From the NCBI RefSeq assembly GCF_000940805.1, contig NZ_CP007142.1, positions 408,593 to 472,592 of the forward strand: DNA of 64,000 bases. Direction: 5' to 3'. The position numbers were made by a program, and so were the translations under genes. Source of the DNA: Gynuella sunshinyii YC6258 (GTDB lineage: Bacteria > Pseudomonadota > Gammaproteobacteria > Pseudomonadales > Natronospirillaceae). The notes below the pieces were generated by a model. That model worked only from the letters and a program-made list of their open reading frames with translations, was not told the DNA's origin and made no database searches. This document shows positions 9,394 through 20,932 of this stretch, piece by piece (within the stretch, counting starts at the first letter, position 1; every line of letters starts with the position of its first letter).

Positions 9394-11220
9394 TCAGAAC
9401 TCGATCTCCTGAAGCTGATCCGGTTGTATAGCGGTGACTTTGAGCTGCTTTTGGCGGGCTTTCTGTAACTCAAACTCCAGAGTCTTGACCGACGAAACAA
9501 ACTGCCAGTCAGCCACAACCTCATCATGACTGATGCTCAACAGCAACCAGCCACGATCACCGGTATTCATGTATTGAAGATCTTCCACCAGGGAGACGAT
9601 ACCAGCCTCCGTGGCGGCATAGTCGCTCGCATCAATATTCAAATACACTTCCAATCCCGGTGACGACACCGATGCGGTTGCCAGTTCCACCCCAACCACC
9701 TCGCCATTGGCGTTAGTCAGACGACTGGCCCAGGCATTATGAGTGTCTCCAGCCAGACTGATCAGTTTGACATTCAGCGTTTGGGCAATCGCCAGCAACC
9801 GCTCACGCTCAGCACCATAACCATCCCAGGCATCGAGGTTATACGGGAGACTGGGTGCCTGTAGTAACGCCATCACCTGATCTGTCAGGCGTGACTGGTT
9901 GGCTTGCACATAGGCGATTTGCTCAGCGGTCAAGGACGGATCTGAAACCGCCAGACGTTGAGCCAGAACTGCCAGTTGTGCCAATTCCGCATACTCAGAG
10001 ATCGTCATAGCCTGCGTCACGATAGCATACGGCAGATACATGCGGCCCATCAGAATCTGTTGACCCAGAATCTGCCAGGTACATTTGGACGCAGACATGG
10101 CATTTTGTAACCAGTCCAGCTGAGTGCTGCCCAACAACTGCCGCTCTTCATTGTTAATCGCGGCAGACAACGCAGTGGTATTGATGCCCTGGGTGGCGGG
10201 ATCGTAAAAACTCGTCAGATCCAGCTGCTGATCCCTGGCTTCATGGCGCGTATCCAGCATTAACAGATTGACCAGATCGCCCCAGACAAACTGACGGTAA
10301 ATACTGGTGGGCTCCATCAGGGAATCACTGTCGGCATTGACCGGTCGAATCGGCAACCATTCAAAATAGGCTTTAAAGGCAGCCGCTCTGCGATCCATAT
10401 AATCGCCTTGTTCAATGCTGTGGTTTTCGGCTCCGGCTTTCCAGGAGTCATTGGCAACTTCGTGGTCATCCCAGACCAGGATAAACGGGGTTTTGGCATG
10501 TGCCTGCTGTAAGTCGGTATCCGTCCGATATTGAGCGTAACGGGTACGATAATCCTCAAGACTGACCAGATCACCAGCCGGTTGGGGAACACGCCCCATT
10601 GCTTCGGCATCGTCAGTGGCATAACCATCCGCACCATATTCGTAAATATAGTCACCCAGATGCAGCACCAGATCCAGATCTTCGATCTGCGCCACAGACT
10701 GATAGACATGAAAGTAACCGGCCGGGTAGTTTGAACAGGATAACACCGCCATTTTCAGCTGACTGGCAGAACCTGAAGGCAGCGTGCGGGTGTGCCCCTG
10801 GGTAGAGTCATGGTTGGCAGTCCGGAACTGATAACGATAACGGGTATCAGCAGACAGGCCCCGGATATCCACTTTGACGGTAAAATCGTTCTCCAGCTTC
10901 GCCTCACCACGCCCCTGTGCAATGACCTGGGCGGTGTCGGCTTCCGCATACACTTGCCACTCAACCACAACGGCTGTTGTTGCGGGATTTTCGGGCGTCA
11001 CGCGGGTCCACAGAATCACGCTGTCACTGAGCGGATCCCCGGAGGCAACTCCATGCTCAAATGTTCCACGTCCCAGTGCTTCAGAGGGGGTTGCTGGAGC
11101 GCTGTCATCGTCATCATCCTGCGGGGCACAACCAACAAACGCATAAGTGACATAAATACTGCCAGCCGCGTGGGCACTGAGCTGTAAAAAACGACGTCGC
11201 GAAATAATAGGCATATCCAT
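9394..11220 (-). CDS. phoD: PhoD-family alkaline phosphatase/phosphodiesterase, exported via Tat
   Basis: Twin-arginine signal SRRRFLQLSAHAAG. PhoD-like metallophosphatase motifs are present (VLSCSNY, HLGDYIYEYG, VWDDHEVAND). Confidence 0.85.
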   Translation of the reverse strand: MDMPIISRRRFLQLSAHAAGSIYVTYAFVGCAPQDDDDDSAPATPSEALGRGTFEHGVASGDPLSDSVILWTRVTPENPATTAVVVEWQVYAEADTAQVIAQGRGEAKLENDFTVKVDIRGLSADTRYRYQFRTANHDSTQGHTRTLPSGSASQLKMAVLSCSNYPAGYFHVYQSVAQIEDLDLVLHLGDYIYEYGADGYATDDAEAMGRVPQPAGDLVSLEDYRTRYAQYRTDTDLQQAHAKTPFILVWDDHEVANDSWKAGAENHSIEQGDYMDRRAAAFKAYFEWLPIRPVNADSDSLMEPTSIYRQFVWGDLVNLLMLDTRHEARDQQLDLTSFYDPATQGINTTALSAAINNEERQLLGSTQLDWLQNAMSASKCTWQILGQQILMGRMYLPYAIVTQAMTISEYAELAQLAVLAQRLAVSDPSLTAEQIAYVQANQSRLTDQVMALLQAPSLPYNLDAWDGYGAERERLLAIAQTLNVKLISLAGDTHNAWASRLTNANGEVVGVELATASVSSPGLEVYLNIDASDYAATEAGIVSLVEDLQYMNTGDRGWLLLSISHDEVVADWQFVSSVKTLEFELQKARQKQLKVTAIQPDQLQEIEF

Positions 11221-11444
11221 ACATCTCTGTCAGAAGGAAAGTGCAGGAAGACTAACAATCCAACATGACGATATGCTGAAACGACCGCTTTGATTGCCCT
11301 GACAACAATACACGGCAACCAACAGGTGTTACCGAAAGCAGAAAGAGGTGAAAGTACGGAAGATATACACCGAGAGGAGTGGGAGTGACAGAGAAGACCC
11401 AAACCGGTCTCCTCTGCCGTTTCAGGCATTCAGGATAAACAGAT

Positions 11445-12359
11445 TTATACCGACATACTCAGATAGCGTTCACCGGTATCACAGATCACCGTCACGACGG
11501 TTTTACCTGCTCCCAGTTTCTTGGCCACCCGCAATGCCGCTGCCACATTTGCCCCGGCGGAAATGCCTCCAAAAATACCTTCCTCCTTAACCAATCGTTC
11601 ACGCATCGCGAACGCATCAGCAGTATTCACCTTTTCAACACCATCAAGCAGCTCAACTGCCAGGTTCGCAGGTATGAAACCGGCACCGATACCCTGAATT
11701 TTATGAGGACTGTGAGTACCACCGGAAATGACCGGTGATTCTTCCGGCTCTACGGCAATAGCCTGAAACGCGCTGTTACGCGACTTGATCACGGAAGCCA
11801 CCCCACTGATGGTTCCTCCGGTACCCACACCGGCGACAAACGCATCAATGTTACCATCAGTGGCTTTCCAGATTTCCTCGGCCGTGGTTTTCCGGTGAAC
11901 TTCCGGATTGGCGGGATTCTCAAACTGCTGTGGCATGAAGGCATCAGGGTGCTGTGCCAATAATTCTTTGGCCTTGTTAATCGCCCCTGTCATGGCTTCT
12001 TTTCCCGGTGTCAGTACGATCTCTGCACCGTAACTGGTGAGCAGATGGCGACGCTCCACCGACATGGTATCTGGCATGGTCAGAATACATTTATAACCTC
12101 TGGCTGCCGCAACCAGCGCCAGCGCAATCCCGGTATTACCGGATGTCGGCTCAATAATTGTGCCGCCAGGCTTGAGCTGTCCGGAAGCCTCAGCTGCAGT
12201 AATCATCGCCAGCCCTATGCGGTCTTTTACCGAACCACCCGGATTCCTGGATTCCAGCTTCACATAGACATCGGCACTGCCGGCCTCAGGCAATCGCTGT
12301 AAACGAACTAAATCTGTATCACCGATCAGTGCGGTAATATCTGCTGCTTTAACAGTCAT
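11445..12359 (-). CDS. cysK: Cysteine synthase (O-acetylserine sulfhydrylase), PLP-dependent
   Basis: [16 protein letters not shown] around the PLP-binding lysine, the GNTGIALA motif, and the GTGGTISG glycine loop. Confidence 0.9.
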   Translation of the reverse strand: MTVKAADITALIGDTDLVRLQRLPEAGSADVYVKLESRNPGGSVKDRIGLAMITAAEASGQLKPGGTIIEPTSGNTGIALALVAAARGYKCILTMPDTMSVERRHLLTSYGAEIVLTPGKEAMTGAINKAKELLAQHPDAFMPQQFENPANPEVHRKTTAEEIWKATDGNIDAFVAGVGTGGTISGVASVIKSRNSAFQAIAVEPEESPVISGGTHSPHKIQGIGAGFIPANLAVELLDGVEKVNTADAFAMRERLVKEEGIFGGISAGANVAAALRVAKKLGAGKTVVTVICDTGERYLSMSV

Positions 12360-12839
12360 TATATGTCTCCATTAAATACATCGTTGTCGGTCGAACCATT
12401 GTCTTACCTATGGGGCAACAGGTTCGGATTCAACTGACGCTTTTCTAACATGGTTTCATGAAAGGCCGCTAATAGCCTTTGCTTCTTTGCATATTCCGTT
12501 ACCCGGCATGAACTCGCAGTCATGCAAAGGCCTATAAATGGCAACGCGGCAATTAACCTGAATCAACTTTTTATACAAAATTCCGTGACCCATCAAAAAT
12601 TGCTTGAAGGCTTTTTACTTAAACGTTTAAGATTGCCGCCATCTTCTTAGCATAAAAACAGTTAATAGCCGCACAGCTGTCCGGCTCACAGCTGATAGAT
12701 CCAGCTCCAGCAAAACAAATCAAAAGCCTGGGAGGATCAGACTTGGCGTTGGCATTGTTTCAATTACAGGCCAATAACTATAACACTGTCAGCGAAACAC
12801 AGTTTCCATAGACATCTTCGACAGGTACGGACAACCAAT

Positions 12840-14303
12840 ATGAAAAACCAGGTTCAGCTTATTACCTATATAGATCGTTTGGGCAAAGGTGATATCAGAA
12901 CTTTAGAGAGAGTCTTGTCAGGTCCTCTCAAGGGCTTATTTGGGGGTATTCACATGCTCCCGTTTTTTACTCCTTTTGATGGTGCCGATGCCGGTTTTGA
13001 CCCCAGTAATCATGCTCAGGTCGACCCGCGTCTCGGAGACTGGCAGGATATCAAACGGCTGTCCGGTCAGGCAGAACTGATGGTGGATCTGATCGTCAAC
13101 CACGTTTCCAGTGAGTCACCACAATTCCAGGATGTACTGGCCAAAGGTGAACAATCAGAATTCAATAAACTGTTTTTGACTATGAGTTCTGTCTTTCCCA
13201 ATGGTGCGACAGAGCAACAGATTTGCAACATATATCGCCCCCGGCCAAATCTGCCCTGGAGTATGATCAAACTGGCGGATGGAAGTACCCGACTGTTCTG
13301 GACCACCTTCACAGCACAACAGATTGATATCGATGTTGAATCAGAACAGGGCCAACAATATCTGTTAAATATTCTGAAAGAGTTTCATCAGGCCGGCATA
13401 TCCACTATCCGACTGGATGCAACCGGTTATGCAATTAAACGCCCGGATACATCATGCTTCATGATACCGGAAACGTTTGACTTCATTGCCCAGCTGACCG
13501 AGCAGGCCAGAGCCCTTAATATAGAAGTTCTGGTAGAAATACACAGTTATTATCAGACTCAGATTGAAATCGCCGCGAAGGTTGACCGGGTATACGATTT
13601 TGCCCTGCCGCCGCTGGTACTGCATACGCTTTTCAATAAGGATGCTGCACCGTTACTGCAATGGTTTAACGTTTCTCCTCGCAACTGCATTACCGTTCTC
13701 GATACTCACGATGGTATCGGTGTCATCGATGTAGGTGCCGATAATGGCCGGTCCGGATTACTGGCACCGCAGCAGATTGATGATCTGGTCGAACAGATTC
13801 ACCGCCATTCCAATGGCGAAAGCCGTCTTGCAACCGGTGCTGCCGCCTCCAATCTGGATCTTTATCAAGTTAACTGCAGCTTCTATGATGCTCTTGGTAA
13901 AAATGACCAGTTATATCTGATTGCCAGAGCCATCCAGTTTTTTGCTCCGGGCATCCCACAGGTTTATTACCAGGGACTGCTGGCCGGCAAAAACGATATG
14001 GAACTGCTGGCAACAACGAAAGTCGGCCGGGATATCAACCGTCGTTATTTTTCCGAACAGGATATTGAAGCTCACATACAGCAACCCGTTGTTCAGAAAC
14101 TGTTTGAACTGATCCGCATCCGTAATGAAGCGCCCGAGTTTAATGGTTTATTCAGTTTTGAAAGTACAGCTAATCACGAATTTGTTCTAAGCTGGCAATT
14201 GAATGATTCGACCATTTCTCTGGCGGTGGACCTGAATCAGAGTCAGGCAATCATTTTTACTGCTAAAAATGCCGAGCCAAGCCACGATATCTGGAAAATT
14301 TAA
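12840..14303 (+). CDS. Sucrose phosphorylase-type GH13_18 glucoside phosphorylase
   Basis: N-terminus MKNQVQLITYIDRLG...HMLPFFTPFDGADAGFDP...DLIVNHVS is strongly similar to characterized sucrose phosphorylases. Length is 487 aa. Confidence 0.85.
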   Translation: MKNQVQLITYIDRLGKGDIRTLERVLSGPLKGLFGGIHMLPFFTPFDGADAGFDPSNHAQVDPRLGDWQDIKRLSGQAELMVDLIVNHVSSESPQFQDVLAKGEQSEFNKLFLTMSSVFPNGATEQQICNIYRPRPNLPWSMIKLADGSTRLFWTTFTAQQIDIDVESEQGQQYLLNILKEFHQAGISTIRLDATGYAIKRPDTSCFMIPETFDFIAQLTEQARALNIEVLVEIHSYYQTQIEIAAKVDRVYDFALPPLVLHTLFNKDAAPLLQWFNVSPRNCITVLDTHDGIGVIDVGADNGRSGLLAPQQIDDLVEQIHRHSNGESRLATGAAASNLDLYQVNCSFYDALGKNDQLYLIARAIQFFAPGIPQVYYQGLLAGKNDMELLATTKVGRDINRRYFSEQDIEAHIQQPVVQKLFELIRIRNEAPEFNGLFSFESTANHEFVLSWQLNDSTISLAVDLNQSQAIIFTAKNAEPSHDIWKI

Positions 14304-14529
14304 GACGGTTTGGACGTTTTAGAAACAGATTGAGTCATGGTTTTGTTTTAAATATTTTTTAATAACAAAAAATAATGATTCATTGAAATACCGCCTTAAA
14401 CGTTTAAGGTGTATTGTCTCAAAGCAATGACACATGGTGTCATGGACATTAGGCTAACTAAATCTGAACAGAGTTCCATCTCTGAAAGATTTAAGAACCA
14501 AAAAAATAACTACAACAGGAGTACTGCGA

Positions 14530-15888
14530 ATGTCGCTCAAAAAAACCACTCTTGCCACGGCAGTGGCGCTGGCAGCTGCTACGGCGACTGGTGCCGTTGC
14601 CGCAGATCTGAAATTTGAAAAAGGCAAAGGCCCGTTTCATTGGGAAGATCTGAAACAATTTGAAAATATGGATCTGTCCGGAAAAACCATCAGCGTGTTT
14701 GGTCCCTGGCTGGCGCAGGACGAAGCTCTGGTAAGCTCAGTCATCGCCTATTTTGAAGATGCCACTGGCGCCAAAGTCGATTACGCAGGTTCAGACAGCT
14801 TCGAACAACAGATCGTGATCGATGTGCAGGGTGGCAGTGCTCCCAACATCGCAATTTTCCCACAACCAGGTCTCGCTTCCGATCTGGCGTCCAAAGGCTA
14901 TCTGTATCCTCTGGGCAACGACACCAAAAAGTGGATTGCAGACAATTATGCAGCGGGTCAGTCCTGGGTTGATCTGGGTACCTACAAAAACAAAGATGGC
15001 AAAAAAGAACTGTACGGTTTCTTCTACAAAGTGGATCTGAAATCTCTGGTCTGGTATTCCCCGGACAACTTTGATGAAAAAGGTTACGAAGTCCCGGAAA
15101 CCATGGAGGAGCTGCTGGCACTGTCCGATCAGATCGTCGCTGACGGTGGTACTCCATGGTGTATCGGTCTGGGTTCCGGTGGTGCAACCGGCTGGCCGGC
15201 AACTGACTGGGTTGAAGACCTGATGCTCAGAACCCAACCCCCCGGTGTTTACGACCAATGGGTAACCAACGCCATTCCGTTCAATGATCCTCGCGTTGTG
15301 AAAGCCATTGAAGCGTTCGGCGAATTTGCCAAAAATGACAAATACGTTGATGGCGGTGCCGCTGCAGTTGCAACCACCGATTTCCGTGACAGCCCAAGAG
15401 GTCTGTTTACCGTGCCGCCAAAATGCTATATGCATCGTCAGGCTTCCTTCATTCCTTCATTCTTCCCGGACGGCACACAAGTGGGTGAAGATGTCGATTT
15501 CTTCTACTTCCCGGCTTATGCCCGTAAAGACTTGGGTAAACCGGTACTCGGCGCAGGTACTCTATGGGCGATCACCAAGGATTCTCCAGAAACCCGGGTC
15601 TTCCTGGACTTCCTGAAAACCAATCTGGCCAACGAAATCTGGATGGCACAATCCGGCTTCCTGACACCGTTGAAAACCGTCAACACCGAAGCCTATGCAA
15701 CAGATACCGCCCGTAAGATGGGAGATATTCTGCTGAATGCCACGACTTTCCGCTTTGACGGTTCTGACCTGATGCCAGGCGCTATCGGCGCGGGATCTTT
15801 CTGGACCGGTATGGTTGACTACACCAGCGGTGCTTCAGCCAAATCCGTCGCTGATGCAATTCAGAAAAGCTGGAATCAGATCAAATAA
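14530..15888 (+). CDS. aglE: Alpha-glucoside ABC transporter substrate-binding protein (AglE-like)
   Basis: Sec signal peptide MSLKKTTLATAVALAAATATGAVAA, sugar SBP family-1 fold, and genomic context with GH13 enzymes and MalFG-like permeases. Confidence 0.75.
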   Translation: MSLKKTTLATAVALAAATATGAVAADLKFEKGKGPFHWEDLKQFENMDLSGKTISVFGPWLAQDEALVSSVIAYFEDATGAKVDYAGSDSFEQQIVIDVQGGSAPNIAIFPQPGLASDLASKGYLYPLGNDTKKWIADNYAAGQSWVDLGTYKNKDGKKELYGFFYKVDLKSLVWYSPDNFDEKGYEVPETMEELLALSDQIVADGGTPWCIGLGSGGATGWPATDWVEDLMLRTQPPGVYDQWVTNAIPFNDPRVVKAIEAFGEFAKNDKYVDGGAAAVATTDFRDSPRGLFTVPPKCYMHRQASFIPSFFPDGTQVGEDVDFFYFPAYARKDLGKPVLGAGTLWAITKDSPETRVFLDFLKTNLANEIWMAQSGFLTPLKTVNTEAYATDTARKMGDILLNATTFRFDGSDLMPGAIGAGSFWTGMVDYTSGASAKSVADAIQKSWNQIK

Positions 15889-15908
15889 CGGTCTGATTTC
15901 AGTCTTCA

Positions 15909-15930
15909 GGGTTCCGAGTATTCGGAACCC
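15909..15930 (+). terminator. Intra-operon hairpin between the SBP and permease genes (GGGTTCCGA-gtat-TCGGAACCC); an attenuator-type partial terminator
   Basis: Perfect 9-bp stem 20 nt after the aglE stop. The following T tract is weak. Confidence 0.4.
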
Positions 15931-15965
15931 GCATAATTCATTTCATATTTGTTAGGAGGCCGGTT

Positions 15966-16970
15966 GTGTTACAGCAACTGTTCGGTGCTGCTACCGCCAT
16001 TGTGTTGTCTGTTGGGGTTTGTGTTGCATTCTTTTATGGTGCTAACGCGTTGCTGGATTATTATGCGACCGCGTCGGGTCTTGATCATCGCAGTCGTGAC
16101 CGGCGGGAACGTGTACGCAGCATCGTGCAACCCCTGATTTTCGTAGGTCCAGCACTACTGTTACTAAGTATTTTCCTGATTTATCCGGTTATCAAAACCG
16201 TCCAGTATTCGTTTATGGATCGTGGTAGTTTCGAATGGGTCGGACTGGCCAACTACGTCTGGGCTTTCCATGACCAGGAATTTCTGCAGTCCATCGGCAA
16301 CAACATTCTCTGGTTGATCATCGTACCATCGATGAGCACCTTCCTGGGCCTGCTGATTGCCTATCTGACTGACCGTATCTGGTGGGGTCAGATTGCCAGA
16401 ACACTGATATTTCTGCCTATGGCCATTTCCTTCCTGGCGGCCAGCGTCATCTGGAAGTTCGTGTACGACTATCGCGGACCGGATTCTGAACAGATCGGTC
16501 TGTTGAATGCCTTCTGGGTTGGTTTGGGAGGGGAACCTCAAGCCTGGATTACGCTGCCATTCTGGAACAACATATTTTTGATGATCATTCTGATCTGGAT
16601 TCAGACGGGTTTTGCCATGGTCATTTTGGGAGCGGCAATGCGCGGAGTTCCGGAAGAAACTCTCGAAGCTGCACACATGGAAGGTGCCAATGAAATGCAG
16701 ATTTTTTTCAAGATCATCATTCCTCAGGTGCTGGGTACCATTCTGGTGGTCTGGACCACCATCACCATCACCGTTCTGAAAGTCTTCGATATTGTGTATG
16801 CCATGACCAATGGTCAATGGGATACAGAGGTCATTGCCAACATGATGTTCGATACCATGTTCCGTGCCGGTGATGCCGGACGAGGTAGTGCCATCGCAGT
16901 TGTGCTGATGGTGGCAGTACTGCCGATCATGTGGTGGAACATTCGCAACGTCCGCAAGGAGGAAATATGA
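15966..16970 (+). CDS. aglF: ABC sugar permease (AglF/MalF-like)
   Basis: Six or more TM helices and an EAA-type motif (EAAHMEGANEMQIFFKIIIP). Confidence 0.8.
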   Translation: MLQQLFGAATAIVLSVGVCVAFFYGANALLDYYATASGLDHRSRDRRERVRSIVQPLIFVGPALLLLSIFLIYPVIKTVQYSFMDRGSFEWVGLANYVWAFHDQEFLQSIGNNILWLIIVPSMSTFLGLLIAYLTDRIWWGQIARTLIFLPMAISFLAASVIWKFVYDYRGPDSEQIGLLNAFWVGLGGEPQAWITLPFWNNIFLMIILIWIQTGFAMVILGAAMRGVPEETLEAAHMEGANEMQIFFKIIIPQVLGTILVVWTTITITVLKVFDIVYAMTNGQWDTEVIANMMFDTMFRAGDAGRGSAIAVVLMVAVLPIMWWNIRNVRKEEI

Positions 16971-18130
16971 GCATCATGGGTGGCGGTCTACACCGCATGA
17001 CAATGGGAAAAGCGCTGAAGCATGCAACCGTGTTGTTTTTTGTGCTGATCTGGTCGGTTCCAACTCTGGGTCTGTTGATCAGCTCTGTCCGTGACAAAGA
17101 TCAACTCGCCATTTCCGGCTGGTGGACCTCTCTAAGCTCCAAAATATCCAATGATGTGGTGCGAATGGGAAGTGCCGATGACCAGCAACAGCAGGGTGAT
17201 CACTACATCATCACCGGCTCTGTTTTTGAAGGTAATAACAAGGGCACAGTCCTGACCTTTGGCTTCCGGTCTGATGAATTGGATGCCTACAAAGCCGGTG
17301 AAACGGCTGATATTGGCAAAGGCCAGACACTGCTGGTTACAGCCGCCGGGGAATATACCCTGAGCAGCAGCGAGGCATTTACCAGCTCGCGGGGCAAACG
17401 GCTGTTCTTTGTCGCCAAACACGCTCCTCGCTTCACCTTTGAAAACTACCACAAAGTGCTGACGTCCGAGGGTATCGGCCGGGCATTCGTTAACTCTGCA
17501 ACCGTTACCCTGCCGGCCACGTTCATTCCTATTCTGATTGCCGCGTTCACCGCCTATGCGCTGGCGTGGATCGACTTCAAGGGGCGTGCCACCATGCTGG
17601 CGCTGGTTGTGGGTCTGCTGGTCGTTCCGTTGCAGATGTCGCTGATTCCGGTATTACGGCTGTATAACGAAGTAGGGGGGTACTTTGGCTTTCCGGCCAA
17701 GTCATATCCGGGTATCTGGCTGGCCCATACCGCGTTCGGTCTGCCACTGGCAATTTATCTGCTGCGCAACTACATGGCCGGTCTGCCTAAGGAAATCATG
17801 GAATCCGCCCGCATGGATGGTGCCAGTCACTTTCAGATTTTCCGTACCATTGTGCTGCCACTATCCGTGCCGGCTCTGGCTTCCTTTGCCATCTTTCAAT
17901 TTCTCTGGGTCTGGAATGATCTGCTGGTTTCGCTGGTGTTTCTGGGCATCGCCGACGATAAAACGGTCATGACCGCACAGCTGAAAGAAATGCTCGGATC
18001 GCGCGGAAATAACTGGGAGCTGCTGACCAGTGGGGCCTTCATTACCATGATTGTGCCGCTGATCGTGTTCTTCTCCTTACAGCGTTTCTTTGTACGTGGA
18101 TTGCTGGCCGGTTCTGTCAAAGGCGGCTGA
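16966..18130 (+). CDS. aglG: ABC sugar permease (AglG/MalG-like) with a long periplasmic insert
   Basis: Start overlaps the aglF stop (ATGA). EAA motif ESARMDGASHFQIFRTIVLP. A roughly 150-aa periplasmic loop sits between TM1 and TM2. Confidence 0.8.
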
Positions 18131-18281
18131 TCCGGATAAGGTACCCCGCAGGCCGGAGCATATGTCTGGCACTGTGGGGTCACATTTGACAACTTTGTTG
18201 TCACGATAACTCTCAGGGACTGTATGCTTGTGCTGTAATAGGGATGTTACTTTAATTTCGAATTCAGGAAGTAAAGAGATT

Positions 18282-19907
18282 ATGAGTCATGTAAACGAAT
18301 GGTGGCGTGGTGCTGTCATTTATCAAATTTATCCTCGTAGCTTTTGCGATGCCAATGGTGATGGTATTGGCGATATCGCCGGTATTATCAAGCATCTGGA
18401 TTACATTGCCGAACTCGGTGTCGATGCTGTCTGGCTGTCGCCATTTTTTACTTCCCCCATGAAAGATTTTGGTTACGACATTTCTGACTACCGAGATGTT
18501 GATCCGATGTTTGGTACTTTGGCTGACTTCCGGGAAATGATGGATAAGGCTCATGCTCTCGGATTGAAAGTCATTATCGACCAGGTGTACAGCCACTGTT
18601 CCGACCAGCACGAATGGTTCAAAGAAAGTCGCTCAAGTCTTGATAACCCTAAAGCCGACTGGTTTGTCTGGGCAGACCCAAAACCGGATGGCACCGCACC
18701 GAATAACTGGCTGAGCATGTTTGGAGGACCCGCCTGGCAGTGGGATACCACCCGTCAGCAGTATTATCAACACAACTTTCTGGCCAGCCAGCCGGACCTC
18801 AACTTCCATAATCGCGAAGTGCAGGATGCCATTCTGGATATCGCCAGATTCTGGCTGGATCTGGGTGTCGACGGCTTCCGCCTGGACACAGCCAATTATT
18901 ATGTGCACGACGCACAGTTACGTGACAATCCACCCAAGACCGAACCCTGGCAACAGTTCATCGGTGCAGATCCGTTAAACCCATTCAGCCGTCAATATCA
19001 CACCCGACAGGTTTCCCAGCCGGAAAACCTTGAGTTCCTGAAACGGCTACGGTCACTGATGAATCAGTACCTGGGAGATCGCTTTACCGTTGGTGAAATC
19101 GGTGCTCCTGAAGGCCTTAAGGTCATGGCGCAGTACACCTCCGGCGGTGACAAACTGAATTCCGCCTATACCTTTGAACTGCTGCGCGATGAACACAGCG
19201 CCGAGTATATCCGTACCGTACAGCAATCGATCAAAGACCATCTGGGCGATGGCTGGCCATGTTTTTCACTCAGCAATCACGACATGGTGCGCAGTGTGAC
19301 ACGCTGGGGACATGGACTGGATCAGGATGCTTTTGCCAAAGCCAGCCTGAGTTTTCTGTTAAGCCTGCGTGGCAGCGCCTGTATCTACCAGGGCGAGGAG
19401 TTGGCGCTGGAAGAGGCGGATGTTGCATTTGAAGATCTTCAGGATCCCTTTGGCATCGAATTCTGGCCCAAGTTCAAAGGTCGGGACGGATGCCGGGTGC
19501 CGATGATCTGGGATGAGACAGGAGGTTTCTCCAGTAATCCCAAACCCTGGCTGCCGATTTATCCGCCCCATCTGGCACGTAATCCGGCGACTCAGCAGCA
19601 ACAGCCGCAATCAAGCCTGCGATTCGTACAAAACTTTCTGCGCTGGCGGAAACAACATCCGGCGTTGGTAACTGGTGACATTGACTGGTTAACCATCAAT
19701 CCGGAAGTATTGACCTTCATCCGTTCTCAGGGTGATGAGAAAATTCTGGTGGTTATTAACCTGACTGGACAACAACAACAAATGACCCTGCAGCAAACCG
19801 TCAAAGATGAACTCACAGGTCACGGCCTCGAAAATCAATTCGACAAAGCTACAGGGGAATTAATACTGCCTGCACTAGGTGGTTGCTATTTGATCTTAGG
19901 CGAATGA
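18282..19907 (+). CDS. aglA: GH13 alpha-glucosidase / oligo-1,6-glucosidase (AglA-like)
   Basis: WWRGAVIYQIYPRSF, GDGIGDIAG, DAVWLSPFF, and the catalytic-region motifs GFRLD and EIG. Confidence 0.85.
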   Translation: MSHVNEWWRGAVIYQIYPRSFCDANGDGIGDIAGIIKHLDYIAELGVDAVWLSPFFTSPMKDFGYDISDYRDVDPMFGTLADFREMMDKAHALGLKVIIDQVYSHCSDQHEWFKESRSSLDNPKADWFVWADPKPDGTAPNNWLSMFGGPAWQWDTTRQQYYQHNFLASQPDLNFHNREVQDAILDIARFWLDLGVDGFRLDTANYYVHDAQLRDNPPKTEPWQQFIGADPLNPFSRQYHTRQVSQPENLEFLKRLRSLMNQYLGDRFTVGEIGAPEGLKVMAQYTSGGDKLNSAYTFELLRDEHSAEYIRTVQQSIKDHLGDGWPCFSLSNHDMVRSVTRWGHGLDQDAFAKASLSFLLSLRGSACIYQGEELALEEADVAFEDLQDPFGIEFWPKFKGRDGCRVPMIWDETGGFSSNPKPWLPIYPPHLARNPATQQQQPQSSLRFVQNFLRWRKQHPALVTGDIDWLTINPEVLTFIRSQGDEKILVVINLTGQQQQMTLQQTVKDELTGHGLENQFDKATGELILPALGGCYLILGE

Positions 19908-20932
19908 AAAAACTGACACTCAAAGATGTCGCAGCAGAGTTAAAGGTATCGACCGCTACCGTGTCGAACGCCTTTAACCGGCCTGATCAATTATCGGCGA
20001 AACTACGTTCTCACATACTCGATCAATGCCGCAAGCTCGGCTATTTCGGACCGAATGCCGCAGCCCGAAGCCTGAAAATGGGTAATAGCGGCATCATTGG
20101 TGTGGCGTTGTCAGACCGACTGCAATATAACTTCAGTGATCCGATTGCCTCACGCTTTCTGTCCGGACTGGCCGAGACATTCGATAATGCCAATATCAAT
20201 CTGCTACTGTTACCAAGCCGGGCGGAGTTCTACGAAAGCCGTCAGTTTGACTCATTTGCAGATGGCTTTGTGCTGTACGGAAATCCCCGCGACCCGGAAG
20301 TGCTTGACCGGCTGCTACAACACAAAAAACCAATAGTGACGGTGGATTTTGATCTACCTGATACGCCTTTTATTCATATCAACAACGAACTGGCGGCTTA
20401 TCAGATCACTTACCAGGCATTTACCAGCCGGCCACAACCAGCTGCTATTCTGGGCCTGAAGCTGGCCCCCACCCAATCGGTCTGCCGGATCAGCAACCAG
20501 ACGCTGTTTGATCCCCATAACTCCATTTCCAGACGCCGGCTGGAGGGTTATCAAAAAGCGATCCGCGAGATCAATGGTCATCGCCTGGGTGACGAGTGGA
20601 TCTGGACCATTCCGGAAAATTCTGAAGAATACGCCTACCAGGCAGTACGCGAATGCCTGATGTGCTATCCGCGTCCGGAGGTACTGTTGTGCATGAGCGA
20701 TACCGTCGCCATCTGTGCCCTGCGGGCCTGTGAACAAATGAATCTGAAAGTGCCCAAAGACATTCGGATAGCCGGTTTTGATGATATTCCAGCCGCAGCA
20801 AATTATGGTCTGACAACCATTCATCAACCTCAGAGAACCAAAGGTAAACTGGCTGCGGAAATGATTCTCGGCCTGAAACCCATGAAGAGCCATGTCATCA
20901 GTACCGAGTTAGTGGTCAGAACAACCTGCTGA
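19904..20932 (+). CDS. LacI-family transcriptional regulator
   Basis: HTH LKDVAAELKVSTATVSNAFN plus a periplasmic-binding-protein-like sugar-binding core. Start overlaps the aglA stop. Confidence 0.85.
   Translation: MKKLTLKDVAAELKVSTATVSNAFNRPDQLSAKLRSHILDQCRKLGYFGPNAAARSLKMGNSGIIGVALSDRLQYNFSDPIASRFLSGLAETFDNANINLLLLPSRAEFYESRQFDSFADGFVLYGNPRDPEVLDRLLQHKKPIVTVDFDLPDTPFIHINNELAAYQITYQAFTSRPQPAAILGLKLAPTQSVCRISNQTLFDPHNSISRRRLEGYQKAIREINGHRLGDEWIWTIPENSEEYAYQAVRECLMCYPRPEVLLCMSDTVAICALRACEQMNLKVPKDIRIAGFDDIPAAANYGLTTIHQPQRTKGKLAAEMILGLKPMKSHVISTELVVRTTC

Noticed and set aside
11221-11444. Hairpin GAAGACC-caaa-CCGGTCTC downstream of cysK as a terminator
   Set aside because: The stem is imperfect (5 of 6 pairs) and is not followed by a U-tract on the relevant strand. 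This is too weak to call.
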